Shown: piece by piece, positions 20,540 through 33,556 of the stretch
Layout: every line of letters starts with the position of its first letter
Position numbering within the stretch: position 1 is the stretch's first letter
NCBI GenBank assembly: GCA_029953675.1
Contig: JAMWBK010000001.1
Coordinates: 1,302,001 to 1,366,000 of the forward strand
Direction of reading: 5' to 3'
DNA: 64,000 nucleotides
Origin: Rhodosorus marinus CCMP1338
Taxonomy: Eukaryota; Plantae; Rhodophyta
Made by a program: the position numbers and the translations under genes
The notes under the pieces: generated by a model
The model's database searches: none
What the model was told of the DNA's origin: nothing
What the model saw: only the letters and a program-made list of their open reading frames with translations

Positions 20540-21000
20540 AGATCAACCCCAGAGTTGTCATGCCTTTGGTAGTACATTCGATGTAACAGTTCACCTTGTC
20601 GATGGTGCTCCTCCGGTGACCAACGGTCACACTTCTGGCCGTTTTAACAATTGTGCTACAATTAACGTGCTCCCACGGACGGCGTCTCACGGACACTCCC
20701 GGGTCTGAGTTAAAACAACTCAACTCACAGTCCTTTGTCAGCCCCCGCTGACATTCTCGCTTGACGACTCGGCCGTTATCGGTCTCTATCATCGACACCG
20801 CCGCTGCCATCAAAACTGGTGACTGCGTTCGTTTTGTGGAACACCCTGCTGACCGTACCACGCGCAGTTGTTGCTGTTGCCAGCCGTTCAGTCTTCTCCT
20901 CTCTTGATTTAACAGGTATGCAAACGCCAGTGGCCACCAACCTAGGGCTTCCTTCCTTAGGTAGGTCATCAGTACGAGGATTCATCAATATTTAGCTGAA
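20540..21000 (-). pseudogene. Possible highly decayed gypsy gag/protease remnant (also ~31960-32400)
   Basis: TYLRKEALGWW resembles gypsy Gag YL.G.A..WW. Downstream similarity is weak. Confidence 0.35.
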
Positions 21001-21673
21001 CCCTCCACTTTGGCTTGCACGCTTTTGTTCCTCGCCCCCAGTGAACTGTCCCTAACTTGAATTTTGCGGACCTGCCTCGTATTGCTACTGGTTAAGTTAG
21101 TAAAACGAGAAAAAAAAAGTGCACTAACAAGATCGGCTCTACCACCAAGGCAGTCTATTTATACGCGAAGGTTAGGTATCGTTCAACCCACACCTAGACT
21201 AAACCTTCGCGCTTCTAGCCCCTGGAGAACTATAAATGCCAATAATACGAATCTTTTGTCCTAAACTGAAAACCGAAATTGACATTGTTTTAGCGCCTGC
21301 TGCCTTGCTTAGTACATTCTACATTTTACTTCCCAGTGCTGCATTGGGATAAACTCTTTCATTAACCATAATACGAATCCGTCCGGGGACTAACAAAATG
21401 AATGAATTGGTTTAATCGGAGGCTGAAAAAAAACGCCGAGCGGAAAAAAGAGACTAGGCGCGGCGGAGATCGCGCGCCTGCAAGCATCAAAGCAACATTG
21501 TGAGTTGCAACATTTCCGAGGCAATTCCGATATGGACTGTCTATATAAGCTTGTCCGGAGGCAACGGTTCCGCTTTCGGCATGACTTTCGCTGTGGATGA
21601 ACGTATCTAGGTCTAGGCCAAAAGGCACTTGAAGCATTGAGGAAAGGACGGGTTGCGGAAGACCAAAAGAAAA

Positions 21674-22651
21674 ATGATGGGCGGAAAAGTGATCTTTCTT
21701 CTGCTCCTGGTGGTCATCAGTATTGGCGTTGCACAAGACACATGTGCTTCATTCGAACTTCCTGAACCCACAGCGGTTAGACCAAACGGCGAGCCAACGA
21801 CTTCTACCAAGCGGGCCATTTGGGGCGATAAATACTGCCGGAAGTTGACGCTGCCGGAGCTGGATGGAAACGTGCCGGTCGTGTGTGTAAACACTAAGAT
21901 GATCGATGAAGATACTACCTGCCTAAAGATGAGGCTGCGAAACGTTGGATTGTCCTTTGTGAAGTCCCTCAAGATTGGCGTGCATCCAGATTGCGCCATG
22001 GTTCCTCCTGCCGATGGGAACCCGAGGAGGTTCCAAAGGCAGAGACTTGGAAACAATTTAGCGAACGGACAAGTCATAAGCTCAGTGAAGCTCTGTTTCG
22101 ACAAAATCCCAGCGACACAATCGTGCTGTGGGACAACTCGGTGTTTGGTGATGGAAGCAACTATTGATGTCGATGGAGTGGACACGACAGTAGAAATCGA
22201 TGACCCTAGATGTGGCGAGGAACCGACGTGTCCATACTACATCGGCTGTCCAAACGTGATCGACCAAGAGTCAGACACGAGACGGGGTGTTAAATACTTT
22301 TATGGCACAGATTCCGACGATGTACTACTTCTACCTGATGTCCCGTACACGCGGAGCTTTTCCTACGACGGTAGAGACGTAGTTCTTGGCGGCAACGGAA
22401 ACGATGTTGTGTTCGTCGGGGGAGGAGAGAATACTATGAAAGGGGGCTTGGGCAACGACCAGTTTTTTGCCGATGAGGACGGAGTAAACAGAGTTTACCT
22501 CGGTGGCGGCACTGATGCATTTGGCCCCTTCCTTGACGGTGGTGCAACTCCAGACTACTATTATGGAGGCCAGGGGAATGACGTTTACTTCTCTTACAAT
22601 CTGGATTACAACGATGTTGTCCAAAGTTTTGATGGCCCGATCTCGTCGTAG
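21674..22651 (+). CDS. Secreted Cys-rich + RTX-repeat protein, paralogue 2 (325 aa)
   Basis: Intact ORF; same 12 Cys and GGxGxD repeats as paralogue 1. Confidence 0.85.
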   Translation: MMGGKVIFLLLLVVISIGVAQDTCASFELPEPTAVRPNGEPTTSTKRAIWGDKYCRKLTLPELDGNVPVVCVNTKMIDEDTTCLKMRLRNVGLSFVKSLKIGVHPDCAMVPPADGNPRRFQRQRLGNNLANGQVISSVKLCFDKIPATQSCCGTTRCLVMEATIDVDGVDTTVEIDDPRCGEEPTCPYYIGCPNVIDQESDTRRGVKYFYGTDSDDVLLLPDVPYTRSFSYDGRDVVLGGNGNDVVFVGGGENTMKGGLGNDQFFADEDGVNRVYLGGGTDAFGPFLDGGATPDYYYGGQGNDVYFSYNLDYNDVVQSFDGPISS

Positions 22652-23059
22652 ATGGGTAGGAGGAGGTTATTGTTCTCAGAGGTTTAGTATAAACCACGGA
22701 ATGTGTCCCTTACGAAAACTAAAACAAGGGGAGAAGGTAGAGGACCCCCCTCAATGAGATATCAGAAAAGCCCCTGATCGCAAATTTCTTTTGAGCGGGC
22801 GATTCAGGTGCTATCGCATTCACTGCCAGCTGCCCATTACAGCTCCAGAGAATCCTATTGATTCCTTTGCCGCTGCCGACCCCAAAGCGTCATTTTCCCG
22901 GATGACAACGATGTTGTCAAAAAATTTGTTAACAAGTAAAGCCACAAACACCTGGTTTTGTCCACACAAAGGGAGGCTTTTTTACTTCCTCGACCCACGC
23001 TATGACAGCCTGTCTAGCTCAGTAGAAGTAATAATGATTCATTGATACATTGTAAGTGC

Positions 23060-23676
23060 TCATTACCCTCCTGTCCACAGTCGATTCAATTGATAGTGGT
23101 CGGGAAAAAGCGCTTTTGATGGGGTAAACAGTGCAGGAAATGGAAGTTCTTAGAGGGTTAAAGAGATTCGTAGCCACGCACACGCCGTTACCTTTTACTA
23201 AAGCAATCCCTCTAAGATCATCCGTAATCATCGGGGTTGCTTGACTAAAAAGTAACTGTGTATGCTCCTCCACGGGTCACTACAGCTCTGTAAGAACTTT
23301 CCGGTCCAGCAGGTTATGAGTCCAGCTCACAGCCTCGGAGAGGTGTGACCTAGGAAGATGAGGAATGAACTGGATTGTAGAGAAGGTTAGAGGAGACCTT
23401 GGCCAAGGAGGACACAGGGGGGACTTTTGTTAACAAAACTAGGTGTATGAGTGTTGTTCATCCTCGACGTTCATATATACTCCGAGTCAACTATACTTGA
23501 TGGCTTCTAGTATCAATATATATGAGGTGCTATCTCTGAGATGCTTGGACTTAGGGAAAACCTTCATGCAGATGCAAGCGTAGCAAAACCCTTAATCCTA
23601 CCCAGGTTTTATCCTATTCACTCAGGTAGCCAACAAAAATACGAATCCCTACTGACGATACAATGGCTCTGTGTTA
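23060..23676. repeat. Unclassified dispersed repeat, right part 'D'
   Basis: Inverted match to ~37950-38410. Partial diverged copies at ~19040-19130 and ~28740-28820. Confidence 0.75.
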
Positions 23677-24620
23677 GTAACCGTAAACTTTACTGCGCAG
23701 CTGCCTACTGCAGCGTATCACTAGTTCTACTACTATCTAGCGAAAAGCTTACGCTAATCCCGCTACCGGGGTCTCATGCTGCGTTCACACGAAAAAACAG
23801 GGACGAGTGGATTCGCCAACTGGTCCACTCCCAGAGCGCCCATAGCTATCTCCGCGTTCCTCGGCCATAATTTGCGGTTGATCTGAGCCCGAACATCGCT
23901 CAGTTCTAAGCTCCGGTGCAACAAATGCTTGCATCTATCTCGTAGAAATTCTTGGGCCATTTGTCCTGTACGCCCAAAGCTCTCGATCGCAATGGGAATG
24001 AGCTTGTCGTCTGGCTTCTCCACTGACATCGCCTCTTTGTAATGTGCCATTTCCACCTCTTCGCTCGTTTCGCTGCATATCCATTCTCTGACCCACTCCG
24101 ATTCACGTTTTTCTCCTGCACTGGCGATGTGACAGTCACATCCAGCGCATACCTTTGGAACGTCCTGGGATGAGTGGCAATGATATCCGGTCTTAGTCGG
24201 TAGTTCTCGAAGTACCCCTCCGGTTCTTGCTTAACGTCGATGAAATTCCCGTGATTCAGCGTCAGCTCCGTCAGATTTCGTCGTACCTTCGCTGCCATAG
24301 TCCCGTCGATGTTGGGCAATGGTTTCACCATTGTACGCCGTTAGTACCATGCGTACTACCACAACTAGTACACTTCCCCGACGTCCGTATGTCCAGTATC
24401 GGCAAACCCAACAGCTGTCGTACATTCACTTGCAGTTCTGCTGTACTCTGTTTTTTCGGCGCGAGCGTCGGCATTTCCCGTAACCACACTCCTGATCCGG
24501 CTCCGGCTGCGGACCGAATTCTGGCCCGATCTTCAGCCGAAATTTGCCCGTGGGATCCCAGTCTTTGGAAAGCTGCATGGTGTGCCTCTCTCGAGAGGGT
24601 TTGTTGAATGCCCTATTTGT
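23677..24620 (-). mobile_element. Family C RLE non-LTR retrotransposon, 5'-truncated and decayed
   Basis: RARIRSAAG..WL..P, LGLP..CTSC..HC..RRxDEI, LRPDI...YALDVTV, IPIAIESFG. Paralogue at 59046-60629. R and D are contiguous at ~37945 (empty site). Confidence 0.85.
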
Positions 24621-24892
24621 CACCAAATCCGACTGAGACAGAACCCCCATCTAAGTGCACTAAATATATATAAGGGCTTCCGAATTGGTTCCCAGTCTCT
24701 TTGTTGACCTACGGGAGTCAAAGAGCCGAACCTGTACGGATATCTTCGGCACGCAGTAGGTGTTTACGTAGAGCTTCAGGGGAGCATTCGATACGTGCAG
24801 ATCAGTCATAATCTGCTAACATTTATAGCACCGCGCCCCCATCGAATGATCACCTTGATGTCCACGCATTTGTCACAAATTGCTCCTGCTCC

Positions 24893-25860
24893 AGATCGGT
24901 CTCGGATAGGGCACCGCCCCGCTGTATCGCAGATCTCCTCGCCTCCGATGCTGCCACTAGACGCTCAGGATATGTTTACCTCGCGATTACATGCCCTGTG
25001 GCAGGCGCCCATCTGACGGCTGCCGCCCGCCCCCGGGGAACAGCTGCTTCGGCCCTTCGCCGAGTGAAGAAACGACGGTATGCTGAGAGTGTGGCCAGTC
25101 TGCCTCGCGCTGGGGGTCGCTCCCACCGGTTCCAGCCTTTCACTGTGGAAAGCTTTGGTCACGTGGAGAAGTCGGGTTTGGAATGGTTGCGGAAATGCTT
25201 TACTGAGCATCCTGTTGAATACTTGGAACTTTTGCGGCGTTTAAGTGTCTCTCTGTGGCGATATTCGAGCAGCATGCTTGCCGAGGCGCGCCATCGGCGC
25301 CTGGGTTTGCACGCTTCCCTACCTAGTTCTTAGTTCCTTTTCACGGTTTGCGTAGCGCTTCAGGCTAAGCCAGTAAAGCCATGTGCGTAGCGCTTTAGGC
25401 TATGCTAATAAAGCCAATAAAGCCATAAAGCATATGTTGACCTCGCGATTGCATGCCCTGTGTCACGGCTGCCGCCCGCCGCCGGGGAACAGCTGCTTCG
25501 GCCTTTCGCCGAGTGAAGGAACGACGGTATGCTGAGAGTATGGCCAGTCTGCCTCGTGCTAAGGGTCGCTCCCACCGGTTCCAGCCTTTCACTGTGGAAA
25601 GCTTGGTCACGTGGAGAAGTCGGGTTTGGAATGGTTGCGGAAATGTTTTACTGAGCATCCTGTTGAATACTTGGAACTTTTGCGACGTTTAGGTGTCTCT
25701 CTGAGGCGATATTCTAGCAGCATGCTTGCCGAGGCGCGCCATTGGCGCCTGGGTTTGCACGCTTCCCGCTTCCCTACCTAGTTTTTAGTTCCTTTTCACG
25801 CTTTGCGTAGCGCTTTAGGTTATGCTAAAAAAAAAAAACAACCAACAAAACCAATAAAAC
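24893..25860 (+). mobile_element. Head-to-tail stack of ~3 5'-truncated family A copies
   Basis: Repeated RLE C-terminus + 3' UTR + (A[A/G]TAAAGCC) tails. Each new copy starts right after a tail. Confidence 0.88.
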
Positions 25861-25924
25861 CACCCCCACATAAAGCAATACGGATATATGGTTTAACACC
25901 ATCGACCTTTGCCTTACCGCTTGC

Positions 25925-26235
25925 AATGAATGAATTGGTTTAATCGGAGGCTGAAAGAAAAAAAAACCGAGGGGAAGAAAAAGACTAAGCGCGGCGAAGA
26001 TCGTGCGCCTTCAACATCAAAGCAGCGTTCATACGGCGCACTGCAAGAAACTTAACGGGTAAACAACGAGGAGAGACGGTCAGGGCGTTCGCGGAACAAT
26101 TCCAAAAGCCAACGAGAACCAAACAGAATCCATAAAACCAAAGCACTCAATGACCAGAGGTACCAGGCAGAAACACGAATGCCTGGGGAAGACAACGCCA
26201 CCGCATATTCCAACTCTTTGAGACGTTTCATATTG
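25925..26235 (-). mobile_element. Decayed B-like 3' fragment
   Basis: gaatgaattggtttaatcggaggctg tail and RLE-end similarity. Confidence 0.75.
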
Positions 26236-26255
26236 GTGCTAGCGTGGCAGCTTAT

Positions 26256-28600
26256 ACAGGGCTTTACTGGGCTTTAATAGCATAGCCTGAAGCGCTACGC
26301 AAACCGTGAAAAGGAACTAAGAACTAGGGAGGGAAGCGGGAAGCGTGCAAACCCAGGCGCCAATGGCGCGCCTCGGCAAGCATGCTGCTAGAATATCGCC
26401 TCAGAGAGACACCTAAACGCCGCAAAAGTTCCAAGTATTCAACAGGATGCTCAGTAAAACATTTCCGCAACCATTTCAAACCCGACTTCTCCACGTGACC
26501 AAAGCTTTCCACAATGAAAGGCTGGAACCGGTGGGAGCGGCCCTTAACACGAGGCAGACTGGCCATGCTCTCAGCATACCGTCGTTCCTTCACTCGTCGA
26601 AGAGCCGAAGCGGCTGCCCCTCGGCGGTGGGCGGCAGCCGTGAGATGGGCGCTCGCCACAGGGCATGTAATCGCGAGGTCAACATATGCTGAGCGTCGTG
26701 CAGCAGGGTCTGATACAAGAAGATCTGCGATACAGTGGGCCGGCGCCGTGTCCGAGACCGATCTGGGTAGTCCCGATTCTACCTCAACCGTATGCCCTAC
26801 CCGAGTTAAACATTCGCTTAGGATGTACTTGAGACGAGTGTGGCGCCTCGTGCGGAGACCTCGCAACAGGCCGCATGAACCCAAGAAGTGGTAGCCACAA
26901 GCGTCAACCCGGCTATCACATCCCTGACAGAAAGACGGCCGATTAGAGTGCCACGGGGCTTGTGGCAAACCTAAGTAGATCCGTGCGGCGGAGCGGAAGT
27001 GGAAGGCATCGAGACGGTGACCCGGCGACGAAGGCAGAGTGGTAACCACAGGTGCGAGAGATGGCCTCCCATGCCGCGAAGGCGAGCGGCGGTGGTAGGC
27101 GGTGTGAGTGGACAGTTGAGCAAGATTGCGTGAGCGGCACTGTGAGCTTTACTAGCATAGCCTGAAGTGCTACGCATGGCGTGAAAAGGAACTAAGAACT
27201 AGGGAGAGAAGCGTGCAAACTCAGGCGCCGATGGCGCGCCTCGGCAAGCATGCTGCTAGAATATCGCCACAGGGCGGCACTAAAACGCCGTAAAAGCGCC
27301 AAGTACTCAGTAGGATGCTCAGCGAAACATTTCCGCATCCACGCTAAACCTGACTTATCCACGTGACCAAAGCTTTCCACAATGAAAGGCTGGAACCGAT
27401 GGGAGCGACCCTCGGCGTAGGGCAGACTGGCCATGCTCCCAGCATACCGTCGTTCCTTCACTCGTCGAAGAGCCGAAGCGGCTGCCTCTCGGCGGCGAAG
27501 CTTATACTGGACTTTACTGGCTTTATTATCATAGCCTACAGCGCTACGCAAACCGTTAAAAGGAACTAAGAACTAGGTAGGGAAGCGTGCAAACCCAGGC
27601 GCCGATGGCGCGCCTCGGCAAGCATGCTGCTCGAATATCGCCACAGAGAGGCACTTAAGCGCCGCAAAAGTTCCAAGTATTCAACAGGATTCTTTCCGCA
27701 ACCACTCCAAACCCGACTTCTCCACGCGACCAAAGTTTTCCACAATGAAAGGCTGGAACCGGTGGGAGCGACCCTGAGCGCGAGGAAGGCTGGCCATACT
27801 CTCAACATACCGTCGTTCCTTCACGCGGCGAAGGGCCGAAGCAGCTGCTCCCCGGCGACGGGCGGCAGCCGTCAGATGGGCGCTTGCCAGAGGGCATGTA
27901 ATCGCGAGGTCAACTTATGCTGAGCGTCTGGCGCCGGCATCGGAGACGAGGAGATCTGCGATACAGCGGAGCGGTGCCCTATCCGAGACCCATCTGGGTA
28001 GTTCCGATTCCACCTCAACCGTATGCCCTACCCGAGTCAGACATTCGCTGAGAATGTACTTGAAGCGAGTGTGACGCCTCGTACGAAGACCTCTCAACAG
28101 TCCGCATGAACCTAAGAAATGGTAACCGCAAGCATCGATCCGACTCTCACATCCCTGACAGAAAGACGGCCGATTAGAGTGCCACTAGCATAGCCTGAGG
28201 CGCTACGCAAGGCGTGAAAAAGAACTAAGAACTAGGGCGGGAAGCGTGCAAACCCAGGCGCCGATGGCGCGCCTCGGCAAGCATGCTGCTAGAATATCGC
28301 CGCAGGGCGACATTCAAACGCCGTAAAAGCGCCAAGTACTCAGTAGGATGCTCAGCGAAACATTTCCGCAACCAGTCAAGCCAGTTCAGGCTATGCTAGT
28401 AAAGTCCTTCTCTGAAGATCACGCGCTTCTAAACCCGACTTATCCACATGACCAAAGCTTTCCACAATGAAAGGCTGGAACGGGTGGGAACGACCCGCGG
28501 CGTAGGGCAGGCTGGCCATGCTCTCAGCATACCGTCGTTCCTTCACTCGTCGAAGAGCCGAAGCTTATTCTGGCTTTATTAGCCTACAGCTTTATTAGCA
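26256..28600 (-). mobile_element. Head-to-tail stack of at least 4 5'-truncated family A copies plus tail fragments
   Basis: Tails at ~26260, ~27143, ~27505, ~28184 and ~28570. Copies differ in length and sequence. Confidence 0.88.
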
Positions 28601-28827
28601 TACTAATGACTCGTGTTCTATCGGAACTTCTCCTCCTCGAGATAAAGTTCCGTCTCTAAGTATTGGTTGTCAAAAAATGCTCCGCGGACTCCCGGACTAT
28701 ACGCGCATATCCGTCCCCTGGAGTATCTTCGCGCACTTTAAAACTGTAAACTGGGAAGGTGAGGAATGAATGGTTTGAGGAGACCTTGGCCAAGTAGGAC
28801 AGAGGGGGTCAGTTTCACCCCCTGATT

Positions 28828-29322
28828 GAATGAATGGTTTAATCGGAGGCTGAAAAAAAAACCCCGAGGGGAAAAAAAGACTAAGCGCGGCGAAGTACTC
28901 GCGCCTCCAACATCAAAGCGGCATTCATGCGCCACAGCAGGAAACTTAAGCGGGTAAACAACGATTGAAGACGGTCAGGGCGTTCGCGGAACAACTCCCG
29001 AAGCCAGCGAGAACCAACAGAGTCCATGAACCCAAAGCACTCAATGATCAGGGGTACCAAGCGATGTGCTAGTGCCGAAGCACGAACACCAGGGGAAGAC
29101 AAAGCCCCCGCGTATTTGATCTCTTTGCGGCGTCTCATGCTGGCGGCGGCAGATCCACGGCGCTCCCCCGCAGCCGGGAGATAACGACTAGCTTGAGGGT
29201 TAGGAACAGCAAGATCAACGTATGTGGTACGGCGGCTGTCGTCACAGGTGATCACCAGATCGGCTACACGGCGTTCATCATTTTGAAAGTCCGCGACGGG
29301 TAAAGGTTTCTCACGTTCGATT
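28828..29322 (-). mobile_element. Family B 5'-truncated copy
   Basis: Near-identical to other B copies. Empty paralogous site at ~19135-19150. Possible 4-bp TSD GATT. Confidence 0.9.
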
Positions 29323-31132
29323 ACGGGAAAGGTTAACCAAACAATACGAAAAAATACTATCCTTATTTTTATACGTGTTTTAATTTAATATACACCAATA
29401 ATAGCGACCTTACATTCATGGGGGAATATGAATGGTAAATCTGCGTACCAAGTCTCTTTTATTGGTCATATTTGTTTCATATAATTTTATATTCTTGTAT
29501 GTCCAAGGCAGCTCAAGGGAACCGCTGACTTTCTCCAATTCTAAACTTTCCCATTGAATGAATTTGTTTAATCGGATCACTGAAAGAAAATTTCCTGAAG
29601 GGGAAAGAACGAGTACGCGCGGCTGAAGATCGCCCGCCTCCAACTTGAAAGTAGCGTTCAGACGCCACAGCAAGAAACTTACACGGATAAGCAAACGAGG
29701 AGGCAGGGTCAGGGCGGTCGCGGAACAGCTCCTGAAGCCAACGAGAACCAACGGAATCCACAAAAACCCAAAGCACTCAACTCGATCCAGAGGTGCCAGG
29801 CGATCAGCCGAGAAGCGCAACACGAATGCCAGGGGAAGACAAAGCCCCTACTAATTCGTGCTTCCGACTCAAAAACCCCTGACTTCGGCGGTTAACGAGG
29901 AACAAAAAAGTGTGCAAGGCAAGCCGGCGGAAGTCAAGCCTCGGCTGCAATGGCGTGACTATGTAGTCTGGGCTCAGGACAACTAATCAGTATTGGGTGT
30001 ATTTTTGACAAGAGAACCAATTTTTGGGGGTAAGCACTGATTGAAACGGTCTTAATGCATTCGCCTGATCAGCCATTTGAGCGCTTACATTGTGTTCTCC
30101 TAGGAGTGCGGAAGGAATGAAATGCCCGGGAGGAGGGTTGTATCCTGTTAAGGTCTTTAGGATCGTGGAGCACAAAAGGATAGCAAGAAAGCCTAGCTGT
30201 TCCCTCTCAGATTTTCAAGTTCTGACCTTGGGATGCTCGGCGCCCCTGAGCGCCTTGATATGCACAGGGGAGAACCAAATCTCTAAGGACAGCAATTGAC
30301 TGTTTTCGTTCCAAAGGTGTCCCTGGGATCCGGTTGAAGGGAAAATTGAACCAAAGCTATTCACTCTCGCCCCTGTTTCTGGTGCTTATCCGGGAACTGG
30401 AAGTCCAATGCACCCTGCTCATTTGAAGATTACTTTGTACCGCTTTCTTAAGAGTCTAGACCATCAGATCAATGTGTATTCTGACTGGGGATGTAGACTT
30501 TCGGGGTATACTAGAGTCCAGGTAATGCTCACATCCTTGTCATCTTGCCCTCTGTCTTGCCTGTGCTAAACCTGACTGACTCTCTAGCCAAGGGGAAATC
30601 TATTTATTCGCGCACTCGATATGCACAAGGGAGAACTAGAGCGCAAAGGAGAACAATTGGCTGTTTTCCGTTCAAAGAGTTTCCCTGGATCCGGGTTGAA
30701 GGGGAAGACGAACCAAGGCTATTCATTCTCTCCCTTTGTTTCTGGTGCTCATCACGGAACTGGAAATCCAATGCTGCCTGCCCCCCACTTGAAGATTGCT
30801 CTTGTACCGCTTTCTTAAGAGTCTGGACCATCAGATCAATATGCATTCTGATTGGGGAAGTAAACGTTCGGGGTATAGTATGGGTAGAGGACCGGCATCT
30901 TACCCCTCTGAAGAGTTCCCGTTCGCATCCTTCTGATTTTTCCTTCTGTCTTCATTGTACTAAACAAGATCGATTCTAGTCAAACGGGAGCATATTTATA
31001 CTCCAGTGCTAGATCACATTCGACCCTTATCTAGACTAAAATCGTTGAGTTTTTAGCCCTCCTCGAACGAAGAATATGATAGAATACGACACATCTGCCC
31101 TAGATCAAACCCGGAGTTGTCCTGCCTTTAGT

Positions 31133-31952
31133 GGACTTTACCGGACTTTACTGGACTTTACTAGCACTAGCATAGCCTGAAGCGCTACGCAAGGCGTGAA
31201 GATGAACTAATAACTAGGGAGGGAAGCATGCAACCCCAGGCGCCGATGGCGCGCCTCGGAAAGCATGTGGAATTTACTAGCATAGCCTGAAGCGCTACGC
31301 AAGGCGTGAAGATGAACTAATAACTAGGGAGGGAAGCATGCAACCCCAGGCGCCGATGGCGCGCCTCGGAAAGCATGTGGAATTTACTAGCATAGCCTGA
31401 AGCGCTACGCAAGGCGTGAAGATGAACTAATAACTAGGGAGGGAAGCATGCAACCCCAGGCGCCGATGGCGCGCCTCGGAAAGCATGTCGCCGGAATATC
31501 GCCAAAGGGAGACACTTAAACGCCTCAAGAGCGCCAAATATTCAGTAGGATGCTCAGCAAAACATTTCCGCAACCACTCTAAACCCGACTTATCGACGTG
31601 ACCAAAGCTTTTCACAATGAATGGCTGGAACCGGTGAGAGCGACCCTCAGCGCAAGGCAGACTGGCCATGCTCTCAGCATACCGTCGTTCCTTAACTCTT
31701 CGAAGGGCTGAAGCCGCGGCCCCCCGGCGGCGGGCGGCTGCGGTGAGGTGGGCGCTGGCCACGGGGCAGGTAATCGCAAGGTCCACATATGTTGAGCGTC
31801 TGGCAGCAGCGTCAGAGACGAGGAGATCGGCTATACAGCGGGGCGGTGCAGAGTCCGAGATGGATCTGGGCAGTTCCGACTCAACCTCAACCGTATGCCC
31901 TATCCGAGTCAAAAATTCGCTGAGGATGTACTTGAGGCGAGTGTGACTTTTT
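31133..31952 (-). mobile_element. Family A 5'-truncated copy with its last 110 bp present three times
   Basis: Period 110 (catagcctga at 31171, 31281, 31391). Tail (ggacttta[c])n at 31133-31160. Candidate TSD CTTTAGT (31126-31132, 31953-31959). Confidence 0.9.
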
Positions 31953-32480
31953 CTTTAGTAGCTTGTGCTTGGATAGTACATTCGACGTACCGGTTCACCT
32001 TGTCGATGGCGCTCCTCCGGTGACCAACGGTCACACTTCTGACCGTTTTAGCAATTGTGCTACAACGTGCTCCCACGGACGGTGTCTCACGGACACTTCC
32101 GGGTCTGAGTCAATACTCACTCACAGTCCTCTGTCGGCCCCCCACCTGACATTCTAGCTTGACGGCTCTGCCGTTATCGGTCTCTAATATCGACATCGCC
32201 GCTGGCGTCAAAACTGATGACTCCGTGCGTTTCGTGGACCCTGCTGACTCCACCACGCGCAGTTGTTGCTGTTGCCAGACGCTCAGTCGCCTCTTCTGTT
32301 GATTTAAGACGTATGCAAACGCCAGTAGCCACCAACCTAGGGGATTCTTTTTCCATAGGGTAGGTCATTAGCGCGAAGAATCATCAAGATTTAGCTGAAC
32401 CCTCCGCTTTGGCATGAACGCTTTTGTTCCTCCCCCCTAGTGAACGATCTCTAACTTGCATTTTGCGGCCTGCGTAGTAT

Positions 32481-33236
32481 GTTAGGCTATGCTAGTAAAT
32501 CGAGCCGGCCATTGAATAAATTCCCGGCGGGATCGCCAGCCGGGTCACCGTCTCGATGCCTTCCACTTCCGCTCCGCCGCACGGATCTACTTAGGTTTGC
32601 CACAAGCCCCGTGGCACTCTAATCGGCCGTCTTTCTGTCAGGGATGTGAGAGCCGGATTGACGCTTGTGGCTACCATTTCTTGGGTTCATGCGGCCTGTT
32701 GCGAGGTCTCCGCACGAAGCGCCACGCTCGTCTCAAGTACATCCTAAGCGAATGTTTGTTTAACTCGGGTAGGGCATACGGTTGAGGTGGAATCGGAACT
32801 ACCCAGATCGGTCTCGGACACGGCGCCGCCCCGCTGTATCGCAGATGTTCTTGTATCAGACCCTGCCGCCCGATGCTCAGCATATGTTGACCTCGCGATT
32901 ACATGCCCTGTGGCAAGCGCCCATCTCACGGCTGCCGCCCACCGCCGAGGGGCAGCCGCTTCGGCTCTTCGACGAGTGAAGGAACGACGGTATGCTGAGA
33001 GCATGGCCAGTCTGCCCTACGCCGATGGTCGCTCCCACCGGTTCCAGCCTTTCATTGTGGAAAGCTTTGTTCATATGGATAAGTCAGGTTTAGAGTGGTT
33101 GCGGAAATGTTTCGCTGAGCATCCTACTGAGTACTTGGCGCTTTCACGGCGTTTGAGTGCCGCCCTGTGGCGATATTCTAGCTTTTCAGGCCTTGCGTAG
33201 CGCTTCAGGCTATGGTAGTAAAGCCCAGTAAAGCCC
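32481..33236 (+). mobile_element. Composite family A insertion (tail fragment + ~40 nt unassigned + ~690 nt 3' copy)
   Basis: Enclosed by AGTAT (32476-32480, 33237-33241). Paralogous uninterrupted region at ~21070-21110. Confidence 0.8.
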
Positions 33237-33543
33237 AGTATAAAACGAGAAAATGCACTAACAAGATCGGCTCCCAACACCAGGCAGTCTATTTACACGC
33301 GAAGACTAGGTCATCATTCAACCTGCAGCTAGACTAAACCTTCGTGCTTCTAGCCTCAGGAGAACTATAAATGCCAATAATACGAATCTTTTGTCCTAAA
33401 CTAAAAACTGGAATCGACATTGTTTTAGCGCTGCTTTCTTGATTAGAACATTCTACATTTTGGTTCACTGGTGGGGATGCTTTTAGTTTACCCCCTAGTG
33501 CTCATTGGGACAAACTCTTTCATAACCATGATACGAATCTGTC

Positions 33544-33556
33544 AAACCATTCGTTC
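33544..33556 (+). mobile_element. 13-nt tail-only family B insertion (AAACCATTCGTTC)
   Basis: 14-bp TSD GATACGAATCTGTC (33530-33543, 33557-33570). Empty site in the duplicated segment at ~21370-21385. Confidence 0.85.

Larger units (their letters stand above)
18905..22900. repeat. Segmental duplication unit (paralogous to ~28610-35110; gene part also at ~7500-9060; upstream part at ~35995-36250)
   Basis: Colinear shared blocks through the decayed repeats, promoter, secreted-protein gene and 3' flank. Confidence 0.85.
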
